This document shows, one piece after another, positions 19,312 to 29,258 of a stretch of DNA of 64,000 nucleotides. Source of the DNA: Alphaproteobacteria bacterium (GTDB taxonomy: Bacteria > Pseudomonadota > Alphaproteobacteria > GCA-2731375); NCBI GenBank assembly GCA_965232515.1, contig CBDDPY010000002.1, positions 1,536,001 through 1,600,000 of the forward strand, in the 5' to 3' direction. The position numbers and the translations under genes are program-made. The first letter of the stretch is position 1. Every line of letters begins with the position of its first letter. A model generated the notes under the pieces. It made no database searches and was not told the origin of the DNA. It worked only from the letters and a program-made list of their open reading frames with translations.

Positions 19312-19728
19312 ATGAGAAATTACACTATCAAAAGTAGTTCTTGGTTGCCGAATGGCTTTATTTCGTGTATAAATACCATATATAGCGATCAAAAGATGTA
19401 CCTATGGCTCATGCATCAAGAATTTTGTTGCCAGTGTCGGAAAAGAGCATTCGCAGTCTTCCTCTTGATCCTGTGCATTGGCGCAGTTGGCTCCACCATT
19501 GGTCAAGTGGGTAATGCGATGGCTCAATCGGGCCGTGATCCTCAAATTGAATCCCTGCCTGAAAGAGCTGAGCCCTTTGTTCCACTAAAAAATCCATTCC
19601 TCAAGAAAGACGGCACCGATTGGCAAGACAAGGATAGAAAGAATAGCCGTTTTTCTGACGATTCTCTTTGTGAAAATTCAACTTCTCAAAAGGAAAGGTT
19701 GAAAAAATGCGGAAAATCGGAAAAATAG
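19312..19728 (+). CDS. Hypothetical, possibly secreted protein in AT-rich islet (true start probably downstream)
   Basis: Hydrophobic segment followed by AMA-Q; overlaps next ORF start. Confidence 0.45.
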   Translation: MRNYTIKSSSWLPNGFISCINTIYSDQKMYLWLMHQEFCCQCRKRAFAVFLLILCIGAVGSTIGQVGNAMAQSGRDPQIESLPERAEPFVPLKNPFLKKDGTDWQDKDRKNSRFSDDSLCENSTSQKERLKKCGKSEK

Positions 19729-20642
19729 CATTATCAATACTCCTATTTGCAGTCCAAATAACAATTTTATATTCGCTGAATCATAATGTTTTTGCGCAGG
19801 ATATCACTGATTTAAACGAGATATCCGAACCGTTTTCTCCAGTTCTTGTGCCCCCCACATTGGTTGATAGAGAAGAGGTGAAGGAATTAGCTCTATTCGA
19901 CATTCAACCAGAAAAAAAACTTGCGATCAACCTAACATCAGGTTTATCGACTGAATATACATCTAATGCTCAATCACGAAGTGATGGAGATTCAGACGCG
20001 ATCATAAGCCCTAATATAGGACTGAGGGGTATATATAATCTCGACACAGGAAAACTAGTTGCTGGCATTGGAGCCTCTACTGCAGATTATTTGGATGAAT
20101 CTGATTTAGATCTGGGGATTCTCCAAGCAATTTTTGGCTATTCAACAACGACTAACCAGTTCGAAATTGGTAGCCTCGTAGAAGTTAGAATTCTTTACTC
20201 TGGAACATTTGATGATCGTGCAATCACGTTTTACAGTATCAGCGGAAGCGCGACACGCGGTTTATACAGCAAGGAAAACGACGAAGATGGCTTTCAAAGC
20301 TTGTCTTTTTCCGGAAAATTAGATGTAAAATATTCCTTTTCAGATCCAGATGATTTCGAAAATATAAATATAAAACTGAGCACACCGCTTAAGGTTCAAT
20401 ATAGAAATGGGTTGGTATTTAAATTATCTCCATCAATCTATTACATAAATTACGATGATTTTTTCGATCAATCTCGAAATGATTATGGGCTTACGGCGAA
20501 TGCGAGCGCCGAGTGGTCGATAGCGGACAATGCAACACTTGCACTTGGCTTGGGCGCGAAGCTGCAAAGCTCCGATGACGATGACAGAGACTACGTAGCC
20601 GCAACAGTGCCAGCATCTCTAAAGTTTAGTTTGATTTGGTGA
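19707..20642 (+). CDS. Outer-membrane beta-barrel protein (AT-rich)
   Basis: Signal peptide ending VFA; alternating amphipathic strands; C-terminal LKFSLIW. Confidence 0.7.
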   Translation: MRKIGKIALSILLFAVQITILYSLNHNVFAQDITDLNEISEPFSPVLVPPTLVDREEVKELALFDIQPEKKLAINLTSGLSTEYTSNAQSRSDGDSDAIISPNIGLRGIYNLDTGKLVAGIGASTADYLDESDLDLGILQAIFGYSTTTNQFEIGSLVEVRILYSGTFDDRAITFYSISGSATRGLYSKENDEDGFQSLSFSGKLDVKYSFSDPDDFENINIKLSTPLKVQYRNGLVFKLSPSIYYINYDDFFDQSRNDYGLTANASAEWSIADNATLALGLGAKLQSSDDDDRDYVAATVPASLKFSLIW

Positions 20643-20721
20643 TCCAAGGTTGAGGCGTTGCAGCAATCTCAATAATTCTGGAGAGTCAGCTGCGGGTTGA
20701 GGTGTTTCGAAGCCCACTTGG

Positions 20722-20738
20722 TTGCGGTGACAGTCCAC
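20722..20738. repeat. Degenerate REP-like end
   Basis: TTGCGGTGACAGTCCAC. Confidence 0.4.
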
Positions 20739-20768
20739 CGTTTAGCTAGGGATGTTGAACGCCGCCCC

Positions 20769-21605
20769 TCAATCCAAATCGCTGGCGGCATGGCGTTCGG
20801 GGATGCCGTCTTCGGGGTTGGATTTGTTGACGCGGCGGCCGCGTTTCACGGCGGGGCGGGCCTCGATTTCCTTGGCCCAGCGGGTGACGTGTTTGTAGGT
20901 GGTGACGTCGAGGAATTCGGCGGCCTGATAGGAGTTGTTGAGCACCAGATTTCCGTACCAGGGATAGGTGGCGATGTCGGCGATGTTGTAGTCGTCGCCG
21001 CTGAGGTAGGGGCGCTCGGCGAGGTTCTTGTCCAGGACGTCGAGCTGGCGTTTGACTTCCATTGCGTAGCGGTCGATGGGGTATTCGAACTTCTCGGGCG
21101 CGTAGGCGTAGAAGTGGCCGAAGCCGCCGCCGAGATAGGGCGCGCTGCCCATCTGCCAGAACAGCCAGGACAGGCACTCGGCCCGGGCCGACGGCTCGGT
21201 GGGCACGAAGGCGCCGAACTTCTCGGCGAGATACATCAGGATCGCGCCCGACTCGAACACGCGGGTCGGGGGCGAGGTGCTGACGTCGAGCAGCGCCGGG
21301 ATCTTCGAGTTCGGGTTGATCTCGACGAAGCCGCTGCCGAACTGGTCGCCGTCACCGATCTTGATGATGAAGGCGTCGTATTCGGCGCCTGAATGGCCGA
21401 GCGCCAGCAGCTCCTCCAGCATGATGGTGACCTTGACGCCATTGGGCGTGCCCAGCGAATAGAGCTGCAGCGGATGCTCGCCGCGCGGCAGCTCTTTGTC
21501 GTGCGTGGCGCCGGCGATCGGCCGGTTGATGCTGTTCCAGGTGCCGCCGCTTTCCATTTCCCATTTCCAGACTTTCGGCGGCGTGTAGGTGGTCGTGTCG
21601 GCCAT
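20769..21605 (-). CDS. yghU: Glutathione-dependent disulfide-bond oxidoreductase
   Basis: YTPPKVW...INRPIAG...YSLGTPNGVKV...ERHAASD. Confidence 0.9.
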   Translation of the reverse strand: MADTTTYTPPKVWKWEMESGGTWNSINRPIAGATHDKELPRGEHPLQLYSLGTPNGVKVTIMLEELLALGHSGAEYDAFIIKIGDGDQFGSGFVEINPNSKIPALLDVSTSPPTRVFESGAILMYLAEKFGAFVPTEPSARAECLSWLFWQMGSAPYLGGGFGHFYAYAPEKFEYPIDRYAMEVKRQLDVLDKNLAERPYLSGDDYNIADIATYPWYGNLVLNNSYQAAEFLDVTTYKHVTRWAKEIEARPAVKRGRRVNKSNPEDGIPERHAASDLD

Positions 21606-21774
21606 GCCTGTTGCTTCCCCACATTGAATCGATGACGGTGACGGATAGGCGCGCCCGGACGACCGGGCCGGTCGGGCGGTCCCCAAGCCAACAACGGCTG
21701 GCGCCAGGCGCGCGGCCAGCTTACCCTGCTCCCGGGATGGCGTCATTCACGTTCGAGCGATTGCAAGCGCATCG

Positions 21775-21981
21775 ATGACCGCACGACTTATGATCCTCAT
21801 GGCGCTGACCGCCGCGCTGCTGCTGACCGGCTGCCTCGGCAATCCGGAGAAGGTGGCGCGCTGGAAGAAGATCTGCACCGACCAGGGCTTCGTGGAAGGC
21901 ACGCCAGAATTCGACAAATGCTGGGAGGCGAACCGGCCGCGGCAGATCGGCGGCGCCGTCGACCGCGGCGGCGGGCCGTAG
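21775..21981 (+). CDS. Small lipoprotein
   Basis: Lipobox LTGC; C-x3-GF-x2-GT-x2-F-x2-C motif. Confidence 0.7.
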   Translation: MTARLMILMALTAALLLTGCLGNPEKVARWKKICTDQGFVEGTPEFDKCWEANRPRQIGGAVDRGGGP

Positions 21982-22002
21982 TCATGCGTCAGGGGGAGGC
22001 CG

Positions 22003-22908
22003 GTGGGGCGTGATCCGCGGCCGTTGCCGCCGCTGAACGCCGTGCGCGCGTTCGAGGCGGCGGCGCGGCATTTGAGCTTTTCGCGCGCGGCGGACGAGCT
22101 CGGCGTGACGCCGGGCGCGGTCAGCAAGCAGGTGCTGGCGCTGGAGGACTTCATCGGCGCGCGGCTGTTCGAACGGCTGCCCGACGGGCTGGCGCCGACG
22201 CTGGAGGGGCGCGAGCTGGCGGAGTCGCTGACGCCGGCCTTCGAGCTGATGGCCGGCGCCTTCCAGCGCTTTTCCCGGCGGCCGCCGCGGTCGAACGTGT
22301 TCCGGCTGTCGACCGTGGCGTCGCTCGCCTCGCAGTTCGTCGTGCCGCGGCTCGACGCGTTCGAGGCCGAGCTGCCCGAGATCGAGTTGGAGATCCTGAC
22401 CTCGGACCGGCTGGCCGACCTCGCCCGCGAGGAGATCGATCTCAGCATCCGGTTCGGCGGCGGCGCATGGGACGGTCTGGTGTCGCGCGAACTGGTTCCG
22501 GGACGACTGGCGCCGGTCTGCGCGCCGGACCTGATCGCCCGCCATAAGGATGCGGATGTGGCATCGGTTCTGGCGGCGACGCGGCTGATCCAGGTGTTTC
22601 CCAAGAACGAATGGCTGGCCTGGGCTGACGCCACCGGCGAGGCGTTGCCGGACGCGGCGTCGCCGTTCATGGTGATGGAGCATTTTCTCGTCGCCCTGCA
22701 GGCGGTGATGGCCGGACAGGGCGTCGCACTGCTGCCGGAGATCATCGTGCGCGACCAGGTCGCCAAGGGCGGGCTGGCGCGGTTCGCCGCGCCGATCGAC
22801 TGGGCCCAGACGTTCTATCTGACGCACCTTCCCAACGCCGATCGCCGGCCCATACTGCGGGAGGTGATGGACTGGCTGACAGCCGAGGCGCAGGCCGATG
22901 GCGATTGA
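22003..22908 (+). CDS. LysR-family regulator (GcvA-like)
   Basis: LPPLNAVRAFEAAARHLSFSRAADEL. Confidence 0.9.
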   Translation: MGRDPRPLPPLNAVRAFEAAARHLSFSRAADELGVTPGAVSKQVLALEDFIGARLFERLPDGLAPTLEGRELAESLTPAFELMAGAFQRFSRRPPRSNVFRLSTVASLASQFVVPRLDAFEAELPEIELEILTSDRLADLAREEIDLSIRFGGGAWDGLVSRELVPGRLAPVCAPDLIARHKDADVASVLAATRLIQVFPKNEWLAWADATGEALPDAASPFMVMEHFLVALQAVMAGQGVALLPEIIVRDQVAKGGLARFAAPIDWAQTFYLTHLPNADRRPILREVMDWLTAEAQADGD

Positions 22909-23025
22909 GCCTATTGCAGCCGCGCAATGGCGGTTTTCTCAACGGGCCTTCGCGGAATCCTCGCTGCCATCGGCATGGCCGGCGTGCCACGTTCCAGGCA
23001 ACGCAAACGAGCCCAAGAGTCCATC

Positions 23026-23421
23026 ATGCCAGTCTCAATCCGACACGATCCCTTCCCCGTCAATACGCCCTTTCACGGCATCTATGCGCATGGCGTCGAG
23101 ACGCCGGCCGGCGCCCGCGTGCTGCATGTCTCGGGCCAAGTCGGCCGGTCGCCCGGGGGCGAGCTTGCCGCCGACTTCCACGGTCAGTGCCGGCAGGCAC
23201 TGCTGAACCTCGAGAGCGTCTTGCGCGAAGCCGACATGACCTTCGCCGACATCGTCAAGATGTCGTTCTTCCTGACACGACGCGAGGACATGGACGCGCT
23301 GGTCGAGGTGCGCAAGGCGATGCTGGACGGCGTCCGGCCGGCCATCACCACGGTGTTCGTCGCAGGCCTGGTATCGCCCGACTGGCTGGTCGAGGTCGAG
23401 GCGGTGGCCTGCGCGGCCTGA
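23026..23421 (+). CDS. RidA/YjgF-family protein
   Basis: HVSGQVG...RPAIT...LVEVEAVA. Confidence 0.88.
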   Translation: MPVSIRHDPFPVNTPFHGIYAHGVETPAGARVLHVSGQVGRSPGGELAADFHGQCRQALLNLESVLREADMTFADIVKMSFFLTRREDMDALVEVRKAMLDGVRPAITTVFVAGLVSPDWLVEVEAVACAA

Positions 23422-23458
23422 CGGCCGGGCGCGATACACATCACGAATTGGCGCCGGA

Positions 23459-24961
23459 TCAGACCAGTCCGGCGCAGGCGCGCGCCAAGGCTCTCGTCGC
23501 GCGGCGGATCTCGCGGGGGCTGAACGGCGCGTAGCCCAGGATGACGCTCGGGCGGTCGGCCGCGCGACGGCCGAACGACGAGATTGGCGTCAGCTCGATG
23601 CCGGCAGACGCGGCGACGCGCAGGAGCGCGGCTTCGGACACACCCTCCTCCAGCCGACCGATCAGATGCAGGCCGGCGTCGGCGGGCGGGACTTCGAGGA
23701 TGCCGGCGAGGTCCTGCATGGCCGCGTCGACCAGGGTGGCCTGACGCTCGGCGTAGAGCGTGCGCATGCGGCGGACGTGACGGACGAAATGGCCCTCGTC
23801 GATGAAGTCGGCGAGCACCGCCTGCTCCAACGGCGGCGAATGGCGGTCGACGAGCCAGCGCGCGGCGGCGAAGTGATCGACCGCGTCCGGCGGGACGACG
23901 ACATAGCCGAGCCGGAGCGAAGGAAACAGCAGCTTGCTGAAGCTGCCGGCGTAGAGCACCCGGCCCGGCGGCGCGAGGCCGTGCAGCGCCGGCAACGGCC
24001 GGCCGGCATAGCGGTATTCGCCGTTGTAATCGTCTTCCAGGATCACGGCGCCAGTGCGCCCGGCCCAGTCGATCAGCGCCAGCCGGCGGCGCAGCGACAT
24101 GGTCATGCCGAGCGGAAAGTGGCTGCTGGGCGTGACGTAGACCAGCTTGGCGGTCGGCACCGTCTTTTCCATCGCGCCGACGTCGAGCCCCTCGCCGTCG
24201 ACCGGGATGGGAACGACGTTGGCGCCGGCGAGCTCGAACAGCAGACCGGCGGGCGTGTAGCCGGGATCTTCCAGGCACACGGTGTCGCCCGGCTCGATCA
24301 GCAGCTTGGCAACGAGCTCGATGCCCTGCTGCGCGCCCGCGGTGACGATGACCTGGTCGGCCTCGCAGGCGACGCCGCGGGCGCTGCCGAGATAGCCGGC
24401 GATGGCCTCGCGCAGGGGCCGGTAGCCGCGCGGATCGCCCCGTTCCAGAAGGCCGCGCGACATGGACCGCAGCCGGCGCGCCGTGAGCTGCGTCCACAGC
24501 GCCCGTGGGAAGGCATCGCTCGACGGCGTATGCGGGCGAAACGGCCGCGCCGGCCGTTCGACCTCGGTCGCGATCCAGGGCTTGAAGGACTGAATTCTTC
24601 GGGCCGCGTCGGTCAGCGGCAGGGTCGCCGGCTTCGGCCGCCGTTGCGCGCCACCGCGCGGCACCTGCAGCAGATCCTCGGGCAGGTCGCGCGCGACACG
24701 CGTGCCCGAACCGACGGCTGTGACGAGATAGCCTTCCAAAATCAGTTGTTTATAGGCGTTGATCGCCGTGTTTCGCGCAACGCCCAGATCGGCCGCCAGA
24801 CGCCGGGTCGACGGAAGCCGTTCGCCCGGCCGCAGGCGGGCCTCCAGGATCGCGGTGCGGATCTGGTCTTCGAGCCGGCGATAGAGCGGATCGACGGCGG
24901 CGCCGTCGAGCAGCAGCGCCTCCAGCGGAAAGCGCTGGCGTGGCAACGGACGCGGCATCAA
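23459..24961 (-). CDS. MocR-type GntR regulator with PLP aminotransferase domain
   Basis: GERLPSTRRLA HTH; EDDY; SFSK...LRLGY. Confidence 0.92.
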   Translation of the reverse strand: MMPRPLPRQRFPLEALLLDGAAVDPLYRRLEDQIRTAILEARLRPGERLPSTRRLAADLGVARNTAINAYKQLILEGYLVTAVGSGTRVARDLPEDLLQVPRGGAQRRPKPATLPLTDAARRIQSFKPWIATEVERPARPFRPHTPSSDAFPRALWTQLTARRLRSMSRGLLERGDPRGYRPLREAIAGYLGSARGVACEADQVIVTAGAQQGIELVAKLLIEPGDTVCLEDPGYTPAGLLFELAGANVVPIPVDGEGLDVGAMEKTVPTAKLVYVTPSSHFPLGMTMSLRRRLALIDWAGRTGAVILEDDYNGEYRYAGRPLPALHGLAPPGRVLYAGSFSKLLFPSLRLGYVVVPPDAVDHFAAARWLVDRHSPPLEQAVLADFIDEGHFVRHVRRMRTLYAERQATLVDAAMQDLAGILEVPPADAGLHLIGRLEEGVSEAALLRVAASAGIELTPISSFGRRAADRPSVILGYAPFSPREIRRATRALARACAGLV

Positions 24962-25094
24962 GTGGATCCACTAGTTTGGCGAAAAGTGGGCCTTTCGATA
25001 GACCCATAATATCCAATCTCCGCGTTGTCGCAAGGACCCGCAGTCGACGCCACCGGTCGAGCGGGGCCGCCCTACCACAAGGAAGGAGCAAGGA

Positions 25095-25604
25095 ATGAGC
25101 ATCGATGTCTTGCCGACGGCGAAGCCCGCGCCGGCCCGGCTGAGCTATCACACGCTGGCGCCCACGCCGATGGAACTGATGCTGGGTCTGGAGGCCTATT
25201 TCGAGACCTGCGGCCTGGAGACGACGCTCGTCGAGCTGGTCAAGATGCGGGCCTCGCAGATCAACGGCTGCGCCTATTGCATCGACATGCACAGCAAGGA
25301 CGCCCGCGCGCTGGGCGAGCGCGAGCAGCGGCTCTATGCGCTGAACGCCTGGCGCGAGACGCCGTTCTTCACGCCCCGCGAACGCGCCGCGCTCGCCTGG
25401 ACCGAGGCGGTCACGCAGATCGCCGTCGATCACGCGCCCGACGCGGTCTACGCGGAAGCGCGCCGGTACTTCGACGAGAAAGAACTCGTCGATCTGACCT
25501 GGGTCATCACCACGATCAACGCCTGGAACCGCATGGCCGTCGCCACCCGCGCGCCGGTCGGCGGCTACCGGTCGGCGAAGCGGCAACCGGCCGCCACGGC
25601 ATGA
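25095..25604 (+). CDS. AhpD/CMD-family protein
   Basis: RASQINGCAYCIDMH. Confidence 0.9.
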   Translation: MSIDVLPTAKPAPARLSYHTLAPTPMELMLGLEAYFETCGLETTLVELVKMRASQINGCAYCIDMHSKDARALGEREQRLYALNAWRETPFFTPRERAALAWTEAVTQIAVDHAPDAVYAEARRYFDEKELVDLTWVITTINAWNRMAVATRAPVGGYRSAKRQPAATA

Positions 25605-25613
25605 GGCAGCGGC

Positions 25614-26687
25614 ATGTCGCACACGTTTATCGCATCTCGCCGCGTACCGGTCGTGGCCGCCCTTGGCGACGAACGGCCGCTGGTCGCGCTGCTCGTCGCC
25701 GCCAACGTCGCCTATCCGTTCGCGCTGGCCGCGTTCTTCAAGGCGCTGGCGCCCGCGGCCGACGGTTCCATCGTCGGATGGGCCGGCGCCGCGCTGGCGC
25801 TCGCCTTGGCGTTCGCAACGCCCGCGATCGGCTTCGCCGCGATCCTGCGCCTCGGACAGTCCGCCGCCATCAGCGCCGGCGCGCTCCGGGCCAGACGGCT
25901 GGCGCATGTGAGCGTCGCCGTCCCACCGCTCTTCACCGCCACGGGCGTCCTGCTGATCACGTTTGATGTAACCGACTGGGACGTTTTCGTCTGGTGCGGG
26001 TTCTGGCTGGTCGCGTTCATGGCCCTCCTGGTATTGCCGGCATCGGCGGCATCGGCGGCACCGCCTCGACGCGCCGTCGTCGGCACGCCGCCGGCGTGGC
26101 TCAGATGGAGCCACGGGCTCGCCGCCGCGGTCGTGCTGTTCGGATTCGTCGGATTGCACCTCGGTAACCACCTCGTCGCCCTCGCCGGGGCGGACGCCCA
26201 TTCAAACGTCCAGGATGTCCTGCGCCTGTGGTATCGCGCGGCGGTCGTCGAGCCGGCGCTGATCGTCCTGGTGATCTGGCTGCTTGGCACGGGCATCGCG
26301 CTGGCGCGCCACCGCACCGTCACGTTCGCCGATGCCTGGGGGTCGCTGCAGACGGCGAGCGGCGCCTATGTCGGAGCGTTTCTATTCAGCCACGTGATCG
26401 CGGCGCTGGTGATGGCGCGCGCCAAGTTCGGCATCGACACCACGTGGGACTGGGCCGCGGGCGCGCCCGCGGGCCTGCTCGGCGACGCCTGGAGCGTCCG
26501 GCTGATCCCCCACTATCTGCTGGCTGTGGCCGCCGTCGCGGCACACGCCGCCTGCGGGCTGCGCGTGGTGCTGCTGGCCCACGGCGTTCGCCGCGCCGCC
26601 GTCGATGCGCTTGCCCGCGCGGTGGTCGGCGGCGGGGCGCTGCTGGCGCTCGTGCTCGTCGCGGCTCTGCTCGGGCTTCGGGTGTAG
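25614..26687 (+). CDS. Multi-pass membrane protein with intramembrane His residues
   Basis: About 10 hydrophobic segments; HGL, HLGNH, SHV, PHY, AH motifs. Confidence 0.7.
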   Translation: MSHTFIASRRVPVVAALGDERPLVALLVAANVAYPFALAAFFKALAPAADGSIVGWAGAALALALAFATPAIGFAAILRLGQSAAISAGALRARRLAHVSVAVPPLFTATGVLLITFDVTDWDVFVWCGFWLVAFMALLVLPASAASAAPPRRAVVGTPPAWLRWSHGLAAAVVLFGFVGLHLGNHLVALAGADAHSNVQDVLRLWYRAAVVEPALIVLVIWLLGTGIALARHRTVTFADAWGSLQTASGAYVGAFLFSHVIAALVMARAKFGIDTTWDWAAGAPAGLLGDAWSVRLIPHYLLAVAAVAAHAACGLRVVLLAHGVRRAAVDALARAVVGGGALLALVLVAALLGLRV

Positions 26688-26744
26688 CGGCGGCAAACCT
26701 CCACACCGTCGATGAAATATTCAATGCCAATAAGGAACGACACC

Positions 26745-27725
26745 ATGAACCGGAAACTTGCTTCACTTCTCGCCGCCGCGGTGATCGCCGCGGTTTGGGC
26801 CGTCGCCGGCACGGCGCGCGCCGATCTCGCCTTTATCGACCTCACCCACCCGATCCCCACGTTCGCGCCGTCGGCCGACGATCCGACCAAGCCCGATCTC
26901 TCGAAGCCGATTGGGAACAGCCGGCCGGTCGCGGGGTTCTACCATCAGGCCATTCTCTATCCGCCAGACCTGTGGCCGACCAGCGACGGGCACTTCCGCT
27001 CGGCGGCGCTGCTGATCCAGGAGCACAACGGCACCAGCTTCAACGCACCGAACCACTATGTGAACAACGCGCGCAGCCTGGAGCCGGGCGCGGTGCCGGA
27101 AGACCGGCGCAAAGCGAGCGAGGCGCTGACGGTCGCACAGCTGACCGGCCGGATCGTGCTGATCGATATCGCCGACCGCGTGCGGCGCGAGCTCGCCAGG
27201 AACGGCGGCGTGCCGAGCCCCGACATCGCGGTCACCGATTTCTCGGACACCTCGCAGGCGACGGTCCGCGCCGCCGATATCGACGCGGTCGCCGACCAGA
27301 TCGAGGACGGCGTCTGGCTGGTGGCGCGCCTGGGCTGGTCGCAGTTCTATGCAGCGGGCGGCGCGGACTGGGATACCTCGACCTATGTCAACGCGCTAAA
27401 CCATCCGGGCTTCACGCGCGAGGCCATCGACCGGCTGATCGAGGTGATGGACCGGAAGGGCGTGCGGATCTCCGGCATCGCGGCCGACAGCCTGAGCACG
27501 GACTCGGGCCAGGGCGCGAAGGGCACCGACGACAACTGGCGCGATGCCTGGCCGGCGCATGTGCGGCTCTATCAGCGCGATGTTCTGATCGTCGAAAACC
27601 TGGCCAACCTGGACGCGCTGGCGGCAGCGCATCGCGGCGGCAAATGCGCGCTCATCGTCGGCGCCGTCAAGCATGTCGGCGGCACCGGCGGTCCCGCCCG
27701 TGTTCTCGCCGCCTGCAACGGCTGA
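26745..27725 (+). CDS. Secreted cyclase/kynurenine formamidase-fold protein
   Basis: IDLTHP, EHNGTSFNAPNH, PGF, IVENL, GGTGGPARVLA; signal ending ARA. Confidence 0.8.
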   Translation: MNRKLASLLAAAVIAAVWAVAGTARADLAFIDLTHPIPTFAPSADDPTKPDLSKPIGNSRPVAGFYHQAILYPPDLWPTSDGHFRSAALLIQEHNGTSFNAPNHYVNNARSLEPGAVPEDRRKASEALTVAQLTGRIVLIDIADRVRRELARNGGVPSPDIAVTDFSDTSQATVRAADIDAVADQIEDGVWLVARLGWSQFYAAGGADWDTSTYVNALNHPGFTREAIDRLIEVMDRKGVRISGIAADSLSTDSGQGAKGTDDNWRDAWPAHVRLYQRDVLIVENLANLDALAAAHRGGKCALIVGAVKHVGGTGGPARVLAACNG

Positions 27726-27748
27726 CACTGACGGTGACCTGGGCGCCG

Positions 27749-29122
27749 CTATGCCGTCCAGACATCGATGCCCTGCTCCCGTCCGCGCAGCGTGACCGGA
27801 CCGTGTTCGGTGAGGCCGGCGGCCAGCGCCGCCCCCTCGTCGACCGGTTGCGTCGTGCGGATGGCATCGATGGTGTCGGCCGATACGGCAAGGCGGCAGT
27901 CGAGCTGGCGGGTGACGCCTTCGAGGCGGCTTGCCAGGTTGACCGTGTCGCCGAGGACGGCGAGTTCCAGACGGCGGGCCGAGCCGATGTCGCCCATCAC
28001 CGTCGGGCCGGTATGGATGCCGAGCGAGACGCGGATCGCATCGAGACCGGCATTGCGCCGTTCGGCGTTCCAGGCGTCGAAGTCGTCAAGGATGTGCCGG
28101 GCGCAGCGGAGCGCGTTGGCGGCGTCGCCGGGGCACGGCTCGGGCGTGCCGAAGGTCGCCATGACACCGTCGCCCATGAACTTGTCGAGCGTGCCGTGGT
28201 GGACGAAGACGGCATCCTCAATCCGGGCATGCACCTGGCGCAGGAAATCGATCACGTCGGACGGCCGTTGGGTCTCGGCCCATTTGGTGAAGCCGACGAC
28301 GTCGGCGAACAGCACGGTGACGGTCAGCTCGCGCGCGTCGCCGAGCGGCGTGTCGCGATGCGATAGCGCATCGATCATGGACGGCGGAAAGTAGCGGGCG
28401 AGATTGTTGCGCTCCCGCGCGAGATGCACCTGGCGCATCACCAGCCGGCGCGAACGCTGCACCACGATTGCCAGCAGCGCGGCCGTCAGCAGGAAGATCA
28501 CGGCCTCCTCGACCCTGCCTTCCAGCCATTCGCCGGGGTCGAGGCCGTCTGGCGCCGGACCGACCGCGATGTCCGCGACCGCCGCACGCAAGGTTGGAAA
28601 GTAGGCCGCATTCGCGAACTGCGCGTTCAGCCAGGCGGCGCCGATCGACCAGCTCACGGCGCCGGCGATGCCGCCCCACAGCACCAGCCGGGGCTGGTAG
28701 TTCAGCGCCAGGACGATCAGCAGCACATAGAAGAAGGCGAAGTTGCGGCTCTGGAAATATTGTTCCGGCAGGCTGGCCACGTCGCCGATCGGGTTCGGAT
28801 AGACCAGGAAGAACGTCAGCATGACGAAATCGCAGGCCGTCAGAACATAGGGGATGGACGACCCCAGCATCCGGTTGGCGTGCAGATAGACGAGCCCGAA
28901 CGTCGCCAAGGCGAACATCGCCAGCAGCAGGTAATAGAACAGGAAATCCGGATACGGCGCGAAGACCGGCATCAGGACGGCAAGAGCCGCCAGCGCGAGC
29001 AGCCGCCCGCGCACGGTCAGCCGCAGGCCTTCCAGGCTTTCATCGGCGAAGGCGCGCATAACGCCCGCCGGATCCTCGGCCGCCGCCCCCTGCCCCGCGT
29101 GCCGGTCTGTCCAGAACTTCAC
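27749..29122 (-). CDS. Membrane class III adenylate/guanylate cyclase
   Basis: LFADVVGFT, DKFMGDG, GDTVNLASRLE; N-terminal TM helices. Confidence 0.9.
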   Translation of the reverse strand: MKFWTDRHAGQGAAAEDPAGVMRAFADESLEGLRLTVRGRLLALAALAVLMPVFAPYPDFLFYYLLLAMFALATFGLVYLHANRMLGSSIPYVLTACDFVMLTFFLVYPNPIGDVASLPEQYFQSRNFAFFYVLLIVLALNYQPRLVLWGGIAGAVSWSIGAAWLNAQFANAAYFPTLRAAVADIAVGPAPDGLDPGEWLEGRVEEAVIFLLTAALLAIVVQRSRRLVMRQVHLARERNNLARYFPPSMIDALSHRDTPLGDARELTVTVLFADVVGFTKWAETQRPSDVIDFLRQVHARIEDAVFVHHGTLDKFMGDGVMATFGTPEPCPGDAANALRCARHILDDFDAWNAERRNAGLDAIRVSLGIHTGPTVMGDIGSARRLELAVLGDTVNLASRLEGVTRQLDCRLAVSADTIDAIRTTQPVDEGAALAAGLTEHGPVTLRGREQGIDVWTA

Positions 29123-29258
29123 ATTGCCGCCCGTTCGCCGCCCCGCCGTCGCGTGTCCACAGATGCTTACGTAGGCGTCGCGCCGTCAGATCAAAGAGAC
29201 CCGGCGGGAAACGTCGAAGGCTGACCCGATGCGGGCTGGTCCGGGCGGCGCTTGCCGG

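Noticed and set aside
26228-28366. 712-aa ORF and similar long Arg/Ala-rich shadow ORFs (e.g. 48989-50782, 51920-53794, 10621-12126)
   Set aside because: Alternative frames or antisense of well-supported genes in high-GC DNA, with no recognisable motifs
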